Shown in pieces: positions 9,626-21,006 of a stretch of 32,658 nucleotides of DNA (position 1 is its first letter; each line of letters begins with the position of its first letter). The notes under the pieces are model-generated. The model was not told the origin of the DNA, made no database searches, and worked only from the letters and a program-made list of their open reading frames with translations. The DNA lies in NCBI RefSeq assembly GCF_001194135.2, contig NC_068989.1, positions 41,903,549-41,936,206 on the forward strand, written 5' to 3'. Both the position numbers and the translations under genes were made by a program. This DNA comes from Octopus bimaculoides (Eukaryota).

Positions 9626-9924
9626 GTATGTATGTATGTATGTATGTATGTATGTATGTATGTATATATATATAATATAATATAAGATATTCCATTATAA
9701 ATGCACACATACATACAGATAATGTTGAAACTGTTTATACATATATGTATTTCTCTCTTTCTCTCCCCTCTCTCTCTTCTCCTTCTCCACGCACACCCAC
9801 ATATGCAGACACTCAGTCAGATATACATTAATATGCCAACGTATATCCGTATGGTAATTTTTCAAAGGTATTCAAACTGACACACAATATGCAAATTTCT
9901 TTTCACACTTGTGAACTATAAAGC

Positions 9925-9925
<1 letters not shown>

Positions 9926-9957
<32 letters not shown>

Positions 9958-10203
9958 CTTCGTATCTCTGATATTTGCTTCATCTCTCTAAAATCATCAT
10001 CATCATCGTCGCCATCACCATCGTCATCACTACCATCATCATCATCATCATCGACACAACCACTACCATCCATCATCATCATCCCCCTCCTCCTTCTCCT
10101 CCCCCTCATCATCATCATCATCATCATCATCACCATCATCATCATCACCATCATTATCATCACCATCATTATCATCATCATCATCATCATCATCTTCATC
10201 ATC
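9926..10203. repeat. (AAT)n and long imperfect (CAT)n trinucleotide tracts
   Basis: Seen directly. They give the poly-H/M/D pseudo-ORFs. Confidence 0.95.
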
Positions 10204-10938
10204 GGTGACTTCAACTCCTCCCGGTTCTTGCACACCTCTCATACACTTCCGTGTTGGTCTAGAAGCAGAGTCAGTTGCTTTTTGGGGACAGTCCGTCCCA
10301 TTTCTGACCTGTCTGCATCTATCTGATCAACTCACAAATTCACTGAAAGCTCTTCCCTTCTTTTTCATATAACATAACAAACTCCAGTCCCTAGTTAACT
10401 TCAGCATAGCACCCCGTCCCCGACCACTTCTTATTATTCAAGGGAGCTAACCCAGTCCAAATTATCAAGGCAACGGACCCGGTATATTTTCCTGCTACAG
10501 AACACATGTAATACTGAGAGGTAATGCTTATTCGCCACTTCAACGTGAATTTTCTATTACAACAAACTTTACTGCGATAGATGCCATGAGAGAAAATCTC
10601 GTATTGGCTTTTGTTGCAAAATGCACCCTTCTTTAGATCACCAGTGGGGAGATAAATACCATCCACCTCCAGCGCCGAGACTACATATCACATGATTTCG
10701 ACCTTCCCTGGTTTTATCAATGATAGATACTCGACCACTAAAGGTAGCAGTGACTCATCTCCCCGCCAGCGATATTTAGAAAAATAGTGCCAGAACAGGC
10801 GCGTTTAGCCAGTGAGAGGAAATACGTAGTTCTTACCGAGAGGATGTACGAAGTTCTTTCAGGCATAGTAGGAAGTAATTTGAAGATTAAACAAAAAATA
10901 ATCTGATAAAATAAAATACTGCTGGCGCATGCATGGTA

Positions 10939-11054
10939 GGGGCATGGCTATATGGGTAAGATCGCTTCGCAATCAAGTGTTTTCAGGTTCAATCCCACTG
11001 TGCGGCACCTAAAGCTTCCAGTCGACTAATACCTTGTGTGGATTTGGCAGACGG
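10939..11054 (+). mobile_element. SINE family A, 5' part only
   Basis: GGGGCATGGCTATATGGGTAAG...CAGGTTCAATCCCACTGTGCGGCACC...GGATTTGGCAGACGGA matches the head of the 17181 copy. Confidence 0.65.
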
Positions 11055-11572
11055 ATTTGGTAGTGTGTCAGTAGCCAAGGAAGCATGTAAAACAGCGATG
11101 GTGGAATTACTAAATCATAATTTTTGCCTTTTCATGTCATCAGTAACAAGTATCTACCATCGTCTGCTGTTGATGCACTTCTGTACCTTTTAGCACTGTA
11201 CATCTAAACGAGAAGCTTTCTCAGGACGAATAAGGCACTTTTGTGGATTTTATAGTATACTAGCTGACCATGTGCTGTCAATAATGGCGGCTAATTGTTA
11301 TATTTTGTATATAAATAAGGTACATAATAATCACACATACAAACATTCACATACTTCCCTTGTACACGTATACACACATATATTCACAGAGTTAAAACGC
11401 TGACTTTGTTTTCACCTCTTCCTTCCTTATTCATCTATCACCCCTTCCTTTCTCTCATTGCTATTACTTTCTCTCACTCCTTCTCAGTCAAGGCTAATAC
11501 TCTCACTACTCCTACTTCACTAAATTACTATTTTCTCTCCTCTTCTGCGACCGGCGTGATCCTGGACAAATA

Positions 11573-13034
11573 TCTATATATATAAAAATGAGAATGTGTG
11601 TCTGTCTGTCTGTCTGTCTGTCTGTGTGAATCCCTAAAACTCGAGAACTACGCAACCAATTTCATTCAAATTTTACACATGCCTTACTTAGGGTTCCAGT
11701 TGTGTTTTAGTCAAAAAAAAATTATTAACTTCTTGCAGAGTTCGAGCACACGGCAACATAATATCTCCTCCACTATTTAAGTATTACGTGTCAAAAGTGA
11801 AACAAAAACACTCATATCAAATACTTTCACTTTAAAAATGAAACTATTCCACTAACTGAAACAATCACATTTCGATACTGTAGTGACAGATACTTTCACA
11901 GANNNNNNNNNNNNNNNNNNNNNNNNNNNNNNNNNNNNNNNNNNNNNNNNNNNNNNNNNNNNNNNNNNNNNNNNNNNNNNNNNNNNNNNNNNNNNNNNNN
12001 NNNNNNNNNNNNNNNNNNNNNNNNNNNNNNNNNNNNNNNNNNNNNNNNNNNNNNNNNNNNNNNNNNNNNNNNNNNNNNNNNNNNNNNNNNNNNNNNNNNN
12101 NNNNNNNNNNNNNNNNNNNNNNNNNNNNNNNNNNNNNNNNNNNNNNNNNNNNNNNNNNNNNNNNNNNNNNNNNNNNNNNNNNNNNNNNNNNNNNNNNNNN
12201 NNNNNNNNNNNNNNNNNNNNNNNNNNNNNNNNNNNNNNNNNNNNNNNNNNNNNNNNNNNNNNNNNNNNNNNNNNNNNNNNNNNNNNNNNNNNNNNNNNNN
12301 NNNNNNNNNNNNNNNNNNNNNNNNNNNNNNNNNNNNNNNNNNNNNNNNNNNNNNNNNNNNNNNNNNNNNNNNNNNNNNNNNNNNNNNNNNNNNNNNNNNN
12401 NNNNNNNNNNNNNNNNNNNNNNNNNNNNNNNNNNNNNNNNNNNNNNNNNNNNNNNNNNNNNNNNNNNNNNNNNNNNNNNNNNNNNNNNNNNNNNNNNNNN
12501 NNNNNNNNNNNNNNNNNNNNNNNNNNNNNNNNNNNNNNNNNNNNNNNNNNNNNNNNNNNNNNNNNNNNNNNNNNNNNNNNNNNNNNNNNNNNNNNNNNNN
12601 NNNNNNNNNNNNNNNNNNNNNNNNNNNNNNNNNNNNNNNNNNNNNNNNNNNNNNNNNNNNNNNNNNNNNNNNNNNNNNNNNNNNNNNNNNNNNNNNNNNN
12701 NNNNNNNNNNNNNNNNNNNNNNNNNNNNNNNNNNNNNNNNNNNNNNNNNNNNNNNNNNNNNNNNNNNNNNNNNNNNNNNNNNNNNNNNNNNNNNNNNNNN
12801 NNNNNNNNNNNNNNNNNNNTTATAATCACAACAGCAAGAAAGTATGTACATGATCACCTTCTTTTACGAAACTTCATTGACTTTCATATATTTATATTGA
12901 TATACATATATATACGTGTGTTTGGGTGCGTGTGTGTATATACATCTCTATATATAAAGATGATGCGTTGTCTAGACGGCGTTTTTAGATTTCATTATTC
13001 TCTTTAACCCGGGCAACGCCGGGTATTTCTGCTA

Positions 13035-13035
<1 letters not shown>
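11573..13035 (+). mobile_element. Non-autonomous Helitron with (CTGT)n, spanning gap 11903-12820
   Basis: 5' A|TCTATATATATAAAAATG, then (CTGT)n at about 11600-11625. 3' hairpin ACCCGG-GCAACG-CCGGGT at 13007-13024, then CTAG|T ending at 13035. Inserted between A and T. That both ends belong to one element is assumed across the gap. Confidence 0.8.
11903..12820. other. Assembly gap
   Basis: 918 N. Confidence 1.
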
Positions 13036-13069
<34 letters not shown>

Positions 13070-13172
13070 AATATATAAAAACACTACGCTCATTATTATA
13101 TTAGGAGATTCTCGTTAAGTAAGATAAACAAAATTCTATTCTAAAATGACTTCATTATTATTAAGCTATTGA

Positions 13173-13388
13173 AGGGCGGTGAAATGGCAGAATCGTTAGC
13201 ACGTCGGTCAAAACGCTTAGCAGCATTTTGTTCGTCTTTACATTCTGAGTTCAAATTCCGCTGCGCTCAGCTTTGCTTTTCGTCCTTTTGGGATCGATGA
13301 AATAAGTACTAGTTGAGCACTGGAGTTGATGTAACCGACTTACCTACTCCCCGAAATTGCTGGCCTTGTACCAAAATTTGAACCCATT
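13173..13388 (+). mobile_element. tRNA-derived SINE, family B (near full length)
   Basis: GGCGGTGAAATGGCAGAATCGTTAG (A box) ... GAGTTCAAATTCC (B box) ... CGTCCTTTTGGGATCGATGAAATAAGTACTAG ... GCTGGCCTTGTACCAAAATTTGAA. Confidence 0.85.
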
Positions 13389-13983
13389 ATTTAGCTGTTG
13401 TTTGGAACATAAATGAACGTGTTGGAAGATTATAATTTAGGTCAATTTTAAAATAGAAATTTGTATCATAGAACCAAGGGAAGCCGAGGGTTGGTTGGAT
13501 TAATATTAAAAGGGTTAAGCAAGTAAGAGTATAAGGTTCTCATATGACCCCGAACAGAACGCCCGTACATCACTGGGTTTAACCAACGGTTGTAAATAAT
13601 TGCTTGGCACCTTTTCAATGAACTATTTTCATTGCAATCAATCAATTTTAATTGGGATACAGACCAATCAGTTATTACAATTAATTGTCAATTATTTTGC
13701 CTGCCGTACGTAAAAGCACAATATATCTTGGAGTGTTAGCTTCGATTTAGATAAGAGCCAGAATGATAGGAAAATAAAAGGCACGTCTTATAGTTTCAAA
13801 AACTTTATTTTCAGAAAACGTTCAAAGTTCAATTTTATTGATTTAGAATAGGGAACAAACAGCATGTATACTCTACATTGTACAGAAGTTGAAAAACAAA
13901 TAAATTGAAGGTCTTTAACTGAAAGAATTTCTCAAACGAATAGCACAACTAAAATATTCTAATATAGCAAAAGGTCATGAACG

Positions 13984-15663
13984 TTAGCAGATTTCTGAAA
14001 CTAGGTCTGCATCCCAGAAAGCGCGATTGACTTTTAGAAATAACTGCGTTTCTAAATTCATTGGTGTTAAGTATTGCCGAAAATCATTAAAAGCATAACC
14101 TGCTGAACAGAAGAAACGTTCGAAGATGTTGGACGGTGGTAACAAAAATCTACAGTTTAGATATCACCGGGGTGAAATGTATCTTTCTTGTGTTTTTTCA
14201 AACAAGCTGAAACGAAATCATCATCTTCTACAGGTACATAAGACTGTTGTGACCACTAGCAAAGGTTCAGTGTGTGGTGTCCGAGGCAGCCCTACCGTTT
14301 GCCGCCCCCAGACCCCACAAAAAAACACATATTGCTTACAGCAGACCCAAAAGTTCCACCCCTTTAAAAGTGCCGTCCGAGGCCGACCGTCACCTAACTA
14401 CGCTAGTGGTTGCGACGTGTCTGTCACCACTTTCAGCTGATGTAGAGCAGCCACTTCATCCACAGTTAGCTCTGCTTCTGCATGTAAAATTTTCACAACT
14501 CCACTTTCAAAATTTGTGCTGTGCACAATGGCTGCCGATGGAAGCAAATATTTTAAAAACTCCTCGTAAGGATACAATGCGAGAATTTCATCAAAAAGAA
14601 TTCGAGCATCTCCTAAATCTGTTTCTGTTCTTTGCAAGGCGACTGTTACTGAGTGTAACTTACCTAAATTGTCTTTTAGAGTCTGCAGATCATTATGATC
14701 GCGTGGTGTCAACAGATAATCAATCAGCTTTGAATCGTCTTGAAAAGAGTCTAAAAACAGCTTGAGTCGGATGTACCTCTCAATCATGCCATAAGCACAG
14801 GACCAACGGGTTTTATTTCTTTGTATAGGTTGCAAGTGCGTTTTTTCCCGAAGTTTACCCGCAAGTTTTAATGATTTTAGCTTGCCCATCAACATTTGAA
14901 TTTAATCAAGGAGAACTTCCTGCTTGTCGAGATAAGCAGAAACAGCTAGAGTGAATTTATGAGAGACACATTCAACCAATGGTATTCTACACAAATTCGC
15001 TATAGATTTGTTCACTTCAGTATTATCTCCGGCAATAGCTACAACATTTTCTAAATTTTCGTTATAGATACTTAAAACGTACTCTATAAATTCGACATAA
15101 TCAGAGGCAGTGAATGATACTTTATTTACCATTGGCGAAAATGCCAGCAAAACAGTGAAATAGTTATTTTGATAATTGCACGAATATGATGCAAAAAGTC
15201 CAATGAAATACGTCGAACCCTTAGTCCAACCGTCGATTACCAACGAAAGTTTACTTCGAAGGTCATCAGATATCTTCTTTTCCACTGCTCGAGTAAGTTT
15301 CTCCACGTATTTCTTTAATGTCACATTTATCATACTTCCCAAGTTTGTGTACATACGAGTCAGTGGGTTTTCAGTAAGGGAAAATGGTTTTAAACCAATA
15401 CATACCTACTCAATCCAACCATAAACATTTAAGGCCGAGCGACTGGTCACACTATTTCTTGGTGAAAGAAAACTCGCTAAAGATGGTTCTCCAGTTGCTT
15501 ATGTAGTAGAATACTCTGGATGCTGGTTTAGTATATGATTCATAATTTGTCCATCCAGTTCCTTTTTTTTCTGGATCAACTTTTTTTCCACACTTGCATT
15601 TCCATACATGTTCACTGTCTGGTTAAAATATTTTCTGACGATTTGCTCATTTTCACGCGACAT
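13984..15663 (-). pseudogene. hAT-family DDE transposase with BED-like zinc finger, about 500 aa when repaired
   Basis: Manual translation: MSRENEQ..VWKCKCGKK..KKGTGWTN/LMNHILNQHPEY (zinc finger); VIDGWT (D1); AGDN (D2); CVSH; TRWS; then YLNCRFLLPPSNIFERFFCSAG..LTPMNLETQLFLKVNRAFWD..IC* (E and dimerisation-like end). It has several stops and frameshifts and a MITE insertion. Confidence 0.9.
14254..14408 (+). mobile_element. 155-bp hAT-type MITE inserted in the transposase gene
   Basis: Termini CACTAGC...GCTAGTG. 8-bp TSD GTTGTGAC (14246-14253) / GTTGCGAC (14409-14416). Removing it restores the frame DTSQQSYVPVEDDDFVSACLKK. Confidence 0.88.
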
Positions 15664-15815
15664 GGGTTAGTTTAAGATAAAAGATATTTCGCCACAGTTT
15701 AAAATAGGAAATATTTTGCCACTCCACTGATGAAAGTCTGATTCAGTTAATATATTGGAGCAGAATTCAAGATACAACCGCGTTGCAAGCGAAGTTACAA
15801 TTTGATGACTTGAAG

Positions 15816-16100
15816 ACAGAATGTGTGAATCATTCTCGGCAGTCAGAACCAAGCAATTATTTGATAACATACGCAATAACCAATTCCCAAACACGACAGA
15901 ATGTGTGAATCATTCGAGGCGGGTCGTAACCAAGCGTCAACACTCGACTGCGGTTATTTGACAACATACACAATAACCAATACAAAGCATTACAGAATGT
16001 GTATCATTCTCAGCAGTCCGAATCAAGCATCAACACTTAACAACACACAATGATCAAGTGTGAATCATTCTCAGCAATCAGAACAAAGCGTCAACACAAT
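15816..16100. repeat. Subterminal tandem repeats of the hAT (4 imperfect units)
   Basis: ACAGAATGTGTGAATCATTCTCGGCAGTCAGAACCAAGC-like motif at about 15816, 15896, 15992 and 16058. Confidence 0.85.
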
Positions 16101-16374
16101 ACCTCAAATAATAATAGAACGCTGTATTTGCCAATTGAACGTCGAATGAATTATGAGCCATTTGAAAAAACTTTCGCTGACAATGTTACAATTAACTGCA
16201 ATTAATTGCAATTAATTGATATGATAGCTATTAATTATTTAATTGGCAGTACGACTCCAATCAATTAATTGGACCAATATATTTCAATTAATTTTTCATC
16301 AATCAATTTTTTATAGTCCTTGGGTTTAATCCCTCCAGCTACCAGCTGACAGTGACAGGGTTTTAAAAGAGAAC

Positions 16375-16489
16375 GGTGCATCACATGAAATGAAGCCCCG
16401 TGCGCAAGGTCATAATGAGCCGTCAATGCAGGAATCGAACCTACGATTTACATATCGTGAGCCTAACACCCCTGACCACTCGGCCAACT
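16375..16489 (-). mobile_element. tRNA-derived SINE head, family C (truncated)
   Basis: Minus strand has A box TGGCCGAGTGG (16476-16486) and B box GGTTCGATTCC (16431-16441), followed by a CORE-like ATGACCTTGCGCACGGGGCTTCATTTC. There is no acceptor stem, so it is not a tRNA gene. Confidence 0.7.
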
Positions 16490-16769
16490 GAATTCTTGGG
16501 GTAAAAACATATATATATATATATATATATTATCTTATACTGTAGAGAATGAAAAAGTTAGTCACCGTTGTCTTTGTTCACTACCGCCATGACGCTACAG
16601 TGACTAATGTTGTTATCATTGGACAAATACCCCACAGAGAACTTTACTGTCGTAGATGGAGTATAGACAGGAGTTTACTATGAAAGATCAGTGACTGTAA
16701 CCTCAGTGGAGAAATGATTCATGATGGCAACATAAATATGGCTTCTTTGGTGCCCAGAAAAAATACATT

Positions 16770-17160
<391 letters not shown>

Positions 17161-17180
17161 TAGATATACATACATAGGTG

Positions 17181-17493
17181 AAGGCGTAGCTGTGTGGTAA
17201 GAAGTTTGCTTCCCAACCGCATGGTTCCGGATTCAGTCCCTCCGAGTGGCACCTTGGGCAAGTGTTTTCCCCTGTAGTGCCGGGTCGACCAAAGCGTAGT
17301 GAGCGAACCTGGTAGATGGAAACTGAAAGAAGTCTGTCACCCGCAGATATATATTGATATATATATCTATGTGTGTGTGCCTTTGCGTTTGTGTTTGTTC
17401 TCAACTACCACTTGACAACCGGTGCTGGTTTGTTTACATCCCTGTAACTTGACAGTTTAGCCAAAAGCAGCCGATAGAATAAGTAGCAGACTT
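17181..17493 (+). mobile_element. SINE family A (most complete copy, retains the CORE-like segment)
   Basis: AAGGCGTAGCTGTGTGGTAAG...GGTTCCGGATTCAGTCCC...GGCACCTTGGGCAAGTG...GGAAACTGAAAGAAG...CCGATAGAATAAGTAGCAG. Confidence 0.85.
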
Positions 17494-18749
17494 ATTTGAC
17501 AAGACCCTTCAAATCTGTTTGTCTGTCTGTCTGTCTGCCTATCTGTCTGTCAGACTGTCTCTCTCTCTCCTTCCCTCCCTCCCTCTCTCTCCCTCTCTTC
17601 CCTCCCTCTCTCTGCTTCTCTCGCTCTCTCTTTAAGATCATGTCCTGTATTTTTGTTGTAGTTTTGTTGAGTAATACAGAAGATTGAGACCGGCGGCATT
17701 TGTTCACGGAACTGTGTTTTATATTCACGCAATTCATATCCGCCTCTCTCAGGAAACACGTGTACATTATATAAAGCCTGGTTCCTTTTCCATATGTACG
17801 GCGCTCAGACTCCGCATTTTTGCCTATCAAGAGTTATGGAGACTACCTAACCAGGTTGGATATAAGACTTAAATGTAGAACTGGTCTACTGTGCATGAAC
17901 CCTTTGGCAATATGTCGTGCCTTTAGGCGTATCGTTCGAATTTTTATACTCTACTGCATACACACATACACACGTACAGACGAACAGACACGTAAACAGA
18001 CATGCGCGCACGCGCCCACACACTCATGCACACACATACGTAGATACATACATACATACATACATACATACATACATTGAAATATAGATGATGGCTGTCC
18101 AGTCGTGACCGAAGAAGACCGTCACTGACCGTTAAGAATATTTTTCATACATACATGCATACATAGATACATTCATGCATACGTATGTATGTGTGTGTGC
18201 GTGCGCGCGCGCGTCCTCCTTTAGCTCTCTATACATATTAAACTTCATTGCTGTCTACCTTGGTACTGCTTGAAAAATGGAGACTGTGTCCGGTTTCTTG
18301 GCACTCCGTGAAAGAGAAACGATAAAATAAGCACCAGATTTTTGTTTAAATATGAATACTGAAGTTATTGTCATGGATTAAAACTCTTGAAGCCAGTACT
18401 TCAGCACGACCGTAGATCATATTTTTATTGAGAAAAAAAAAATCCATCGAATTACTTCAAAAAGGAAACAGAAAATTCTGAAAAAAATGGGTAGAGGAAG
18501 GAAACAACAAAAAATGGGAACAGTAACAGGTTGTAACAGTAGCTCCAGTTGAAATGGTGTGTTCAATCTCACCTTTGCATAATTGCAAAGGCGTTGCCAC
18601 CGAGAATGGCCAGCGACACTCACTGAAACAGTGACCCTACCTCGCGGATTTCATTTCTCAGACGGGCCGCTGTCACCCCGATTGTAATCGAAGGAAGCGA
18701 ATCAATCTGCTCTGTTGTTTTCTTGAGAACCCCACCATTTCTAAATTTT

Positions 18750-19784
18750 CATGTACATCTGTTGTTACATAGCCCAATGTACCTCTGTTTACAGGTACAA
18801 ATGAAATCCTGTAGCATAGATATACATACTGTAGGTTTCTCATTAGTTCTCTTTAGATGTTCTTTTTCCAATGGCTCCCATGCTGGAAAGTTGACAACCT
18901 TGATAGTCACGTTCAAGACATTTCTCACTTCAGTAAGAAAGGTTCTGGATGCTAAAGCTTCACGACGAAATATGCAATGTGTACCTACAGCAGATGAATT
19001 TTTGTCTTTCACCCTAGTAATGAATACAGACTGTAGACCAAGCATGGCTGGAGCTCCATCAGTGAACACCCCCTGCCAGCGAATCTCACGAAAGTTGGTT
19101 TTCCTGTAAGAAATTTGATACATCATGAAAAATAGCTGTTGCTGTTGTACAATTATCCATAGGGTGACAGAACAACATTTCCTCTTTTACACCGTTGCCT
19201 GATACAAAACGAGCATATACCAGTAGCTGAGAACCCTGAACGATATCAGTCATTTCGTCATACTGGATGGCAAAAACAAGAGAATCTCTTGTTTGGTCGA
19301 GAATTTGATATTTGATGTGTTGAGACAAATCACCGATCCTTCTCTTGACTGTATCGTTTGATAGTGAAATCTAGGAAAGCTTGCTTGCATTATCTTTTCC
19401 CAAAACGAGTTCTGCTGCACGAAGTAGACTTGATTTTATGAGAGACTCTCCGATGTTATGGCTCTTCTTACTCTTTGCAATCAATATGGTGATCTCACAG
19501 GAAGTCTCAATGACCATTGAAGTTTGTTGCCGAAATACTTCACTATCGTCCAACTTAGCTTGCTTCAAGGAATGTCTTTTTGTTTCAAAGAATGACTTGG
19601 GATTGTCGGCAAGGGTAGGATGTGTTGTCCTCAAGTGACGTTCCAAGCGTGAGAGTCGCATTCCATCATGGCCCAAAGTCTTGTAACATATCACACACTG
19701 GGGGACTTCTGTGTCACTCTTTTGGAGGGACACGAATCCAAATCGAATATATTCTTCAAGATACTTCCGTTTCTTTGCACTCAT
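18750..19784 (-). pseudogene. Buster/Charlie-group hAT transposase (ZBED5/ZBED8/FAM200-like), internally deleted
   Basis: MSAKKRKYLEEYIRFGF..PQCVIC..MRLSRLERHLRTTH (BED finger); ISLSNDTVKRRI; FAIQYDEMTDI (D1); FTDGAPAM (D2); THCIFRREALAS. After KVVNF it jumps to a later region, and the EVRWLS block and C-terminal E domain are missing. No matching TIR pair was found. Confidence 0.9.
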
Positions 19785-20548
19785 TGCGAATTATTTGACG
19801 TGCAGTAGACAACACAAATATGTGAACAATGATAAGGCACATGTAAGGTAATGACAAGGCTTAAGTTAGAACACTAGCCCAAGTTAGAATGCTTGGAGTA
19901 AAAAGCTCTGAAAAAAAATTGAAACAAAAAAATTCGGAATAAAAGTTAAATTTTAAAAATAAGTTATATAAATTTGTACAATAAAATATTGTATTTATTT
20001 GTACGAAAATATAAAAAATGGTTCTTTAAAAAAGAAAAGATTTTGCATAGCTTTTAGTTTTACCTAGTTCTGTCTGTAATATTTAAATCTGAATTTTAGT
20101 ATAACATTTGGCTTTATATTATAATTCTTTTCTTATAAAAAAATTTACTATATTTTTAACATAAACATTTAATATTAAAAAACTTGGTTTTATTGTTAAT
20201 TTAAAAAAAAATTCCAATCTGTGTTTTAATGCTTTTGAGACTTTATTAAATTGATCGATAGTAGAACCTATTACATACTTTTTATTTCATTTCCTATTTT
20301 TAAATATATCATACTTTTCATCGTGCTAAAATTAAAAAATATTTTTGTATTTTTTAAATTAAGTTAATATTTCTTAGTATGTTACTATAATGATTTGATT
20401 ATGTTTCAGCATGTCTCTTGATTTTTACGAATCACATTATTTCATATATATGAAAACTGTGGATCAGACTTGTTTATAATCACTTAACTGAAAAAAACAA
20501 GCGATAACTACTATATACTTGATTAACAAGAAGTAGATGTCTCTAGAC

Positions 20549-20580
20549 CAGTGGTTCTTTACTTATGGGGCGACATCCAT
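20549..20580 (+). mobile_element. Orphan Charlie-type hAT terminus
   Basis: CAGTGGTTCTTTAC is preceded by CTCTAGAC, which fits the NTCTAGAN Charlie target consensus. Confidence 0.55.
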
Positions 20581-20599
20581 TGAGAAAAAGCAGGAAGTT

Positions 20600-20990
20600 G
20601 GAAAGCAAAGGAGCTGATGCAGAGTTCTTAGGCCCATAAACTTGCTTCATAAGATGGCAAAGCTTCTTGCTGTCATTTGCATCAGTAGCAGCCTGAACAT
20701 CATGGGCAAAATCCTCCCACCAAGTGTTCTGCATCTTCCTGAGAGATCACCGCAGTAGTGATTTTATACTGTTATAGTGGGCAAGTGCTAGATTTCGCTG
20801 CACAGCTGAAAGTTCTCTGTGCAGCAATACATTGTGAGCATGGCAATTTACAACCAATAGTCACTGAAGTTCAGCATCATGTTCATCAAACCAGTCTCTG
20901 TGTCTGGCAGTAGCATATCCCAGTGTTTCAACAGCACATTGAAGAATCTGATTTCGAAAATCTTCCCATACTGTAGCAGGGGATTTATTA
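20600..20990 (-). mobile_element. Inverted 5' segment of an RTE LINE (EN-RT linker)
   Basis: Minus frame: VWEDFRNQILQCAVETLGYATARHRDWFDEHDAELQ*LL...SLRKMQNTWWEDFAHDVQAATDANDSKK..KQVYGPKNSASAPLLS. In an intact element this region lies immediately before the plus-strand segment. Confidence 0.85.
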
Positions 20991-21006
20991 AATCCCATAA
21001 TCTAGT

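Larger units (their letters stand above)
13584..16322 (-). mobile_element. Full-length hAT DNA transposon (decayed), about 2.74 kb
   Basis: TIRs CAACGGTTGTAAATAATTG and (reverse complement) CAAGGACTATAAAAAATTG match at 14/19. 8-bp TSD GGTTTAAC (13576-13583) / GGTTTAAT (16323-16330). Internal transposase pseudogene and subterminal repeats. Confidence 0.85.

Noticed and set aside
10200-10218. IGDFNS resembling an APE endonuclease motif
   Set aside because: It arises at the edge of the (CAT)n tract and no other endonuclease motifs flank it.
9903-10235. Poly-His / poly-Met / poly-Asp ORFs
   Set aside because: They are translations of the (CAT)n microsatellite with no flanking coding signal.
11125-11150. 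Other CTGANGA cores (minus strand about 11137 and 15264; plus strand 15636 and 15727; minus strand 22914)
   Set aside because: They lack a correctly spaced GAAA with stems, or lie inside transposase or LINE sequence.
16431-16489. tRNA gene
   Set aside because: A and B boxes are present, but there is no acceptor stem and the sequence continues into a SINE CORE-like body.
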